DNA of 15,695 bases from Nitrospirota bacterium (GTDB taxonomy: Bacteria > Nitrospirota > UBA9217), in NCBI GenBank assembly GCA_963740085.1, contig CAVUCU010000006.1, forward strand, positions 1 through 15,695, in the 5' to 3' direction. This document shows, piece after piece, positions 10,359 through 15,695 of the stretch. A program made the translations under genes and the position numbers. The notes beneath the pieces are model-generated. The model had not been told where the DNA came from, searched no databases, and saw only the letters and a program-made list of their open reading frames with translations. Numbering within the stretch: position 1 is the first letter of the stretch; the number at the start of each line of letters is the position of its first letter.

Positions 10359-10983
10359 ATGAAATACACATTTGCTCTATCTCTGTTTCTTGTCTCGCAG
10401 TTCTGATCGCTCTTGCACCCTCCGCCTCCCGGGCTGAGACGGCGTCGAAAAAAATTCCAACTACACGGTGATCAAGGGAGGGATCTATTCACCCAGCGAC
10501 TCGTACGATCTTGACAATTTCAACAATGGCAGCACAAGTCGTTTGGACACCAAGACCGGTTTCAATGGAGAGCTCGCGTTCGGTCATTACTTCTTACCCA
10601 TATTCGGCATTGAACTAGGAGCCGGATACTTTGAGAGCAAGGGTTCACCGGCGGCAGAGCCGGGAAGTACGAAACTGAAGGTCATCCCGGTGCTTGCGAG
10701 CGCCAAGGTCTTTCTCCCGCTCGGGCCGATCGAGCCCTACGGCGAGGTCGGGATCGGCGCTTACTTCACGAAACTTGAAGTAAGCGGCAATCTCGGAAGC
10801 TTCAGCGGTTCATCGAAAGTTACCTACGGAGTCCATGCAGGGGTCGGATTGAACATCAACTTTTCGGACACCTTTTTCCTCGGGGCTGAGGGAAGATACA
10901 TCCGGGCCAAGCCGGAATTCGGAGGTCAGCCCGTCAAGTTGAACGGATTTACCGCAACAATTGATCTCGGCTTCAGGTACTGA
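10359..10983 (+). CDS. Small outer-membrane beta-barrel protein (OmpA/OmpW-like), signal region frameshifted
   Basis: SD GGAGG and ATG 10359 start a signal peptide (MKYTFALSLFLV..AVLIALAPSASRA) broken by two shifts. ORF 10468-10983 has amphipathic strands, PYGEVGIG and a terminal aromatic residue (LGFRY). Confidence 0.8.
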
Positions 10984-11029
10984 TCATCCTCTGATAACTT
11001 TTTATGATAAAAAAAGGAGGTGAACCGAC

Positions 11030-11320
11030 ATGAAGATGAAATCTATTATTACCGTCCTGGTGACCGCGGCATTTCTCCTGAGTTTAGCAGGCCTCAGCCT
11101 CGCAGCCGGAGCTGATAAAATGGGAGTTAACGGTTCCGTTACCAGGATCGAAGGAAATAAGGTGACCATACAGGACGATATGGGCAAGGAGACGACCGTT
11201 GATGTACAAGACGTAAAAGACACCAAGGTCGGAGACAAGGTCAAGATCGAAGACGGCGTTATTAAGAATCCAACCGACGAACCTGGAGCGGCCGAGAAAT
11301 CTGGAAAACCGGGCTACTAA
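11030..11320 (+). CDS. Small secreted hypothetical protein (possible OB-fold-like)
   Basis: SD AGGAGG, Sec signal ending SLA, beta-rich GSVTRIEGNKVTIQD...KVGDKVKI. Confidence 0.8.
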   Translation: MKMKSIITVLVTAAFLLSLAGLSLAAGADKMGVNGSVTRIEGNKVTIQDDMGKETTVDVQDVKDTKVGDKVKIEDGVIKNPTDEPGAAEKSGKPGY

Positions 11321-11339
11321 AAAGGACTCTATTTAAGCA

Positions 11340-11374
11340 AAGGTGGAAAACGACTGTTTTCCACCTTGTTTTTT
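11340..11374 (+). terminator. Rho-independent terminator
   Basis: Perfect 12-bp stem AAGGTGGAAAAC-GACT-GTTTTCCACCTT followed by GTTTTTT, 20 nt after the stop at 11320. Confidence 0.85.
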
Positions 11375-11447
11375 GAAGAAGCCACCGCTTATTCATAATT
11401 GGCTGTTTTGGAATGAACAAATTCACTCATTCAAAAAGGAGCATACT

Positions 11448-11540
11448 ATGCTTTGGACGATCTTTGTAATTCTTATGATTATGTGGCTTCTGGGATTAGT
11501 AAGCGGATATACGATCGGTGGATACATTCATATTCTGTAA
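11448..11540 (+). pseudogene. lmo0937-family small membrane protein, C-terminally truncated
   Basis: SD AGGAG; MLWTIFVILMIMWLLGLVSGYTIGGYIHIL* lacks the usual second helix and basic tail. Confidence 0.75.
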
Positions 11541-11629
11541 TCCTGACAGCGAAATAATTTGCGATAATAAGAAGAATGTCCCGAATCTGGACAAGAAAAA
11601 CTCTTATGAAGAACCAAGGAGGGGATGAA

Positions 11630-11818
11630 ATGGCAAGATACGGTAAGAAGGCACAGGAAACGGTTGAGGAAGCAATGAAAAGGTTTAAGAAAGGTGAACT
11701 GAAAAGCGGCAAAAGTGGGGTAAAAGTAAAAAACAAAAAACAAGCGGTCGCTATCGGACTTTCGGAAGCGCGGGCAAAGGGAGCCAAGGTGCCGCCAGTT
11801 CCAAAAAAGTTAAAGTAG
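11630..11818 (+). CDS. Small basic protein, DUF6496-like
   Basis: SD AGGAGG; MARYGKKAQETVEEAMKRFKKGELKSGKSG.KVKNKKQAVAIGLSEARAKGAKVP. Confidence 0.8.
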   Translation: MARYGKKAQETVEEAMKRFKKGELKSGKSGVKVKNKKQAVAIGLSEARAKGAKVPPVPKKLK

Positions 11819-11985
11819 TTTATGGAAGATTCCCTCTTGCGACCGCGGCCGCCTCTAAAAATATCCGCTTTTCTGAAATCCTTATAACCAAGTGATATAA
11901 TAAATTGTGAGTAGCATGGCACTCTATGATTAAGATTGTAATATGTGTAATACTCCTTGGATTCGTCACTTTTTCGAGGTGACTT

Positions 11986-13031
11986 GTGAAACAGAAATTA
12001 CTATCCTTTTCCCTTACCGGCATGTTTCTCCTCGCCCTTTTCTATACTGCATATTTTGCCCGTGCCGTACTCCTTCCTATAATCCTGGCCCTTTTTTTTA
12101 CTTTTCTCCTGAGGCCGATCGTCAGGATGTTAAAGACGATTAAGGTTCCCGAGGCGGCAAGTTCAGCTCTGGTCCTGATCTCGTTTCTGGCGATCGTCGG
12201 GTTTGGTATGGCGAGGCTTGCTGATCCTGTCCAGGAATGGATCGAGAAGGCGCCTCAGACGTTCCATCAGGTAGTGCAAAAGTCCAAAAGGTTCATGAAG
12301 CCCATAAAAAAGGCAATGAAAACTGCCGACGAATTAAAAGAAACCGCAGGGGCCGGCGAGAAGAAAAAAACCGAAGCTGTACCTCCAGACCCAATTCCGA
12401 ACCTGACCTTGACATTTCTTTCAGAGGCCAAAGCTTTTTTGACCAAGACCGGTCTTGTTCTCATCCTTCTTTTTTTCTTCTTGCCTCCGGCGACCATTTT
12501 GTCGTAAAGCTGATGCATCTTTTTCGGCAGAATCAAAAAAAGGAAAAAGTGCAGGAGTTTGTGAATGAGATAGAGAAAACGATTTCGCGATACCTGTTGA
12601 CGGTGACCATGATCAACGCCGGTGAGGGTATCGTGCTCGTAGTGGGACTGCATCTCGTCGGGATGCCGGACCCCGTACTTTGGGGAATAATGGCCGCTTT
12701 GCTCATATATATCCCCTATCTCGGACCGCTGGTCGGCATTACGCTCGTTACCATCGTCGCCTTGGGGACTATAGATGACATGCAAAAAGCAGTTCTTGCT
12801 CCGATTATTTATCTTTCCATCGAGCTTCTTCAGTCCCAACTGGTAACTCCAATGGTCCTCGGCGCGCGGTTTTCAATGAACCCGGTCGTCATCTTTGTCT
12901 GGCTCATCTTCTGGGGATGGCTATGGGGAATCGTCGGCGCACTGATCGCCGTGCCGATGCTTACGATCTTTAAAATATTTTGTGATCATATCGAACCGCT
13001 TCAATCGCTCGGGGAATTTCTGTCGGATTAA
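11986..13031 (+). CDS. AI-2E family transporter, frameshift in a T run at 12470-12476
   Basis: One extra T gives LILLFFLLASGD and joins ORFs 11986-12507 and 12237-13031. Motifs YIPYLGP, LVTPMVLG, WGWLWGIVGALIAVP. Confidence 0.88.
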
Positions 13032-13117
13032 AGATTAAAATAAGTTTGCGCTGCCGAATCATTGGAACGTGGCTGGCCCCTCGGAGGCGTACGGGGTCAG
13101 ACTTAAAGATTGAGTTA

Positions 13118-13146
13118 TTGACGCCCGTCGGGATATTTTCTATCCT
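13118..13146 (+). promoter_or_regulatory. Sigma70-like promoter for the Y1 transposase, probably leaderless
   Basis: TTGACG-17 nt-TATCCT, with ATG 5 nt after the -10 and no SD. Confidence 0.55.
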
Positions 13147-13151
13147 CTGCC

Positions 13152-13822
13152 ATGGCTAGAAAACCCCGAATTGAATACGAAGGCGCCTTTTATCATGTAA
13201 TCACCAGAGGAAACCAGAAGCAGAAGATATTTAAAGATCCCCTCGATTATCGTAAATTTCTTGAAATACTTATCGGCTACAAACAACGCTATCATTTTCA
13301 TCTCTATGCATACATACTCATGTCCAACCATGTGCACCTTCTGATTGAAACCAGGGCCATTCCGCTCTCCAAAATCCTTCAGGGCGTTAACCAGAGGTAT
13401 ACCATGTACTATAACCGAAGGTACAAGACCGTGGGCACAAAAACGGAGCTGTCAGAATTGCTTGACACCGACCTTGTTCTCAGAATGTTTTCCGAGAACA
13501 AAGGCAGAGCACGAAAACAGTACTCGATGTTCATGAACGACGGAGCAACAATCAAGCAGGAAGACGTCTTGCCCCGGCTAGCAGGAGAGATTGCTCGGCA
13601 GTGCGCCGTTTCGCTTGAGGATCTGCGATCATGGAGAGAACCACAAATATCTTGACTGCTCGACCACTCTTCAGTATTCTAGCGAAGGAATATGGTTATA
13701 CAGGGCGAGAGATCGCGGCGTATTTGCGGAAAGACCCCGCGGCTGTGACTGTGTATCTCCGGAGTAGCAAGGATGTTTGGAAAGAAATAGAAGTTGTGGC
13801 CGCAGCTTTAAAGAAGGAATAA
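13152..13822 (+). pseudogene. Y1 HUH transposase with C-terminal HTH, catalytic region deleted and frameshifted
   Basis: MARKPRIEYEGAFYHVITRGN...YILMSNHVHLL (HUH). The usual HLFQGRY...YIH.NP segment is absent after YKTVG. HTH-like GYTGREIAAYLRKDPAAV lies in a second frame. Confidence 0.85.
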
Positions 13823-13850
13823 GTAACTCAATCTTTAAGTCTGACCCCAT

Positions 13851-14138
13851 ACCGTCATCGAACGCCGCGAAGATTCCTTCCTCTGTGATGTCCGAATTGA
13901 GACAGGCCGTCCACACCAGATCCGCATTCACCTGGCATCCTCGGGACACCCTCTGGTTGGCGATCCTCTGTACGGCGCAGGCGGTTTGCCCCTGCCGGAT
14001 ACACATGCCTTGCCCGGCGACCCGGGCTACCATCTTCATGCCGCAATTCTGAGCTTTCGTCATCCCGGCACCGGGCGCGCGATGGTCATCGAGTGCGAGC
14101 CGCCGTCGTTATTACGAGTTCATTCAGGTACGCGGTGA
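13851..14138 (+). pseudogene. 3' fragment of a second rluA-family gene
   Basis: TVIERREDSFL...HSGTR* aligns codon for codon with 5610-5897; no 5' part. Confidence 0.93.
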
Positions 14139-14287
14139 GAGCCGGGAGGTTGGAGGCTGCTTTCCGCAATTTGAAGAAGATGTTGGCTCACTATGCTCAG
14201 CCCAATCGATACGCTGCTCTTAGAATCGTAAATTGCTTCTTGAAATATTCATTCTATGCTATATTCGAACGGCAAGAAGTACTTCCT
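13851..14287 (+). repeat. Direct repeat copy 2, interrupted by the IS110 element
   Basis: About 94% identical to 5610-6049. Similarity appears to resume at 15694-15695 (GT), where the window ends. Confidence 0.92.
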
Positions 14288-14301
14288 CCTACGATTAGTT
14301 G

Positions 14302-14310
14302 TGCTATATA
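14302..14310 (+). promoter_or_regulatory. -10 half (TGc-TATATA) of a circle-junction promoter; -35 TTGACT at 15688-15693
   Basis: Joining right end, core and left end gives TTGACT-17 nt-TATATA. Confidence 0.65.
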
Positions 14311-14314
14311 GATG

Positions 14315-14462
14315 TCATAGAAGGGCAGGAGAACTTAGTTTACTTCCTGGGTCCTTGAACCCTCAGTACAGTTTGTTCCCTGCCTCCCATAGCCATGATA
14401 GGTTGATTGGGCCAAAGAGCCCTGGTAACGATGGAGGATTGGTCGGGAGGCGTTTCCTGCCT
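14315..14462 (+). ncRNA. Putative IS110 bridge RNA (ends approximate)
   Basis: Two stem-loops with large internal loops, each capped by a GGGY-6nt-RCCC hairpin. Loop segments match the target (TACTTCCT, AGTACAG) and donor (GGTTGATT, GGAG). Confidence 0.8.
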
Positions 14463-14490
14463 GTCTAAATCTTGCATGGAGGAGGGATCA

Positions 14491-15687
14491 ATGGAAAGTT
14501 TGACCGTTGGCGTCGATGTTTCCAAAGAGTCCTTTTCTGCCGCTGGCCTTGACGGCAAAGGGACACGCTGTTTCGCCCAAGATTGTACCATGGACAGTGA
14601 TGGGTTCTCGAAGTTGCTGAAGATGATAATGGCACAGCAACCATATGTTTCTACGGTCATCGTCGGCATGGAGTCCACGGGCTGCTATCACATCAATCTA
14701 TTCTCTTATCTCACGTCTCAGGGCATCCGAGCCGTAGTCATTAACCCGCTGTTGATTTCGAACTTTGCCAAACTTACGCTCCGGAAGACCAAGACCGATA
14801 AGAAAGACGCACTGACGATCGCCCAGTTCCTGCTGGCTCACACGGATAAGATTTCTCAGATGTCCGTCAGCCAGGATATGCAGGATATGCGAGATCTCGC
14901 CCGGGAGAGAGAGTCGCTGAGCCATTTGATTTCCGCGACCAAGACCGAGATCAAGCGGGTCTTGCAGACGACCTTTCCTGAGCTTGAGCGGCTCTGCGGC
15001 GTCTATTCGGGCATCATGCTTGAATTTCTGAAGAAGTTTCCCTCGGCTCGTTTGATTGTGCTTGCCAAACCCCGGGCAATAGCTAAAGCTATGGAGCCAC
15101 GAGGTTCAGGGAGCAGAATATCAACCTTTACGGCGGAGGATATCATCAAACTGGCCAAGAACTCGGTTGGGACGGTCAGTCCAGCCAAAGAGACTATCCT
15201 CCGGGGGAAAATCTCGACACTAATCCATCTGGAGGATCGTCGAGATGAGTTGACGGTCATGCTCACGGACTACTGCAACTCTCTGATGGTCGAAGACCTG
15301 GAGATTGTAACATCCGTGGTAGGCATCGGTAACGGAACCGGTACCACTTTTTTGGCTGAGCTAGGACGAATCGAGAGCTACGAGACGCACAAACATTTGA
15401 TTGCCTACGCAGGGATTGATCCAACAGTGTATCAATCCGGCAAGTACGAGGGAAAGAGCAGAATCTCAAAGAGAGGAAATAGGCACCTTCGACGTGTTCT
15501 TTGGCTCATGACGGTAAATGTGATCCTCAATAACGATAAATTCCGAGCGTATTACCAGAAAAAGAAACAAGCTGGATTGCCTTATAAGAAAGCAGTCATG
15601 GCAACAATGCATAAACTTACTCGAATGCTTTTTGCCATGTTGTCACACAAACAGAGATATCTGGCATCATCGGTGAGCTGCACATAG
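14491..15687 (+). CDS. IS110-family DEDD recombinase/transposase (398 aa)
   Basis: VGVDVSK (D), GMESTG (E), KTDKKDA (D,D), Tnp-domain YAGIDP.VYQSG, SKRGNRHLR. SD GGAGG before ATG 14491; intact ORF. Confidence 0.95.
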   Translation: MESLTVGVDVSKESFSAAGLDGKGTRCFAQDCTMDSDGFSKLLKMIMAQQPYVSTVIVGMESTGCYHINLFSYLTSQGIRAVVINPLLISNFAKLTLRKTKTDKKDALTIAQFLLAHTDKISQMSVSQDMQDMRDLARERESLSHLISATKTEIKRVLQTTFPELERLCGVYSGIMLEFLKKFPSARLIVLAKPRAIAKAMEPRGSGSRISTFTAEDIIKLAKNSVGTVSPAKETILRGKISTLIHLEDRRDELTVMLTDYCNSLMVEDLEIVTSVVGIGNGTGTTFLAELGRIESYETHKHLIAYAGIDPTVYQSGKYEGKSRISKRGNRHLRRVLWLMTVNVILNNDKFRAYYQKKKQAGLPYKKAVMATMHKLTRMLFAMLSHKQRYLASSVSCT

Positions 15688-15695
15688 TTGACTGT

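Larger units (their letters stand above)
13093..13848 (+). mobile_element. Y1/HUH (RAYT-like) element bounded by perfect 25-bp inverted repeats, internally deleted
   Basis: GGGGTCAGACTTAAAGATTGAGTTA (13093-13117) and its exact reverse complement (13824-13848) enclose the transposase gene. Confidence 0.85.
14286..15693 (+). mobile_element. Complete IS110-family element flanked by CT cores
   Basis: Homology to repeat copy 1 breaks at CT 14286-14287. A second CT at 15692-15693 is followed by GT, as in the empty paralog. Long left end, very short right end, no TIRs. Confidence 0.85.

Noticed and set aside
12470-12476. Phase-variable T tract in the AI-2E gene
   Set aside because: Only T7 within Phe/Leu codons, and indistinguishable from homopolymer error.
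14407-14490. N-terminal extension of the IS110 ORF from TTG 14407
   Set aside because: It overlaps the predicted bridge RNA. ATG 14491 has an SD and puts the first catalytic Asp at the usual position.

Overview
Bacterial window, all main genes on the + strand. It holds a CheB/CheR-PAS fusion (one frameshift), a PAS histidine kinase, an RluA pseudouridine synthase and a 3'-decayed fadE. Next is a cluster of small, mostly damaged envelope/stress genes: Cys-rich protein, lipoprotein, BON remnant, Tat-exported HiPIP, OM beta-barrel, lmo0937-like, DUF6496-like and AI-2E transporter. An internally deleted HUH/Y1 (RAYT-like) element with perfect 25-bp terminal inverted repeats abuts a diverged second copy of the rluA 3' end. 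A complete IS110 element (14286-15693) is inserted in that second copy. Its ~200-nt left end reads as a bridge RNA whose target and donor guides match the element's own flanks and ends around a CT core. A sigma70 promoter forms across its circle junction, and the paralogous empty site at 6041-6054 supports the predicted target. All calls are by eye; no searches were run.
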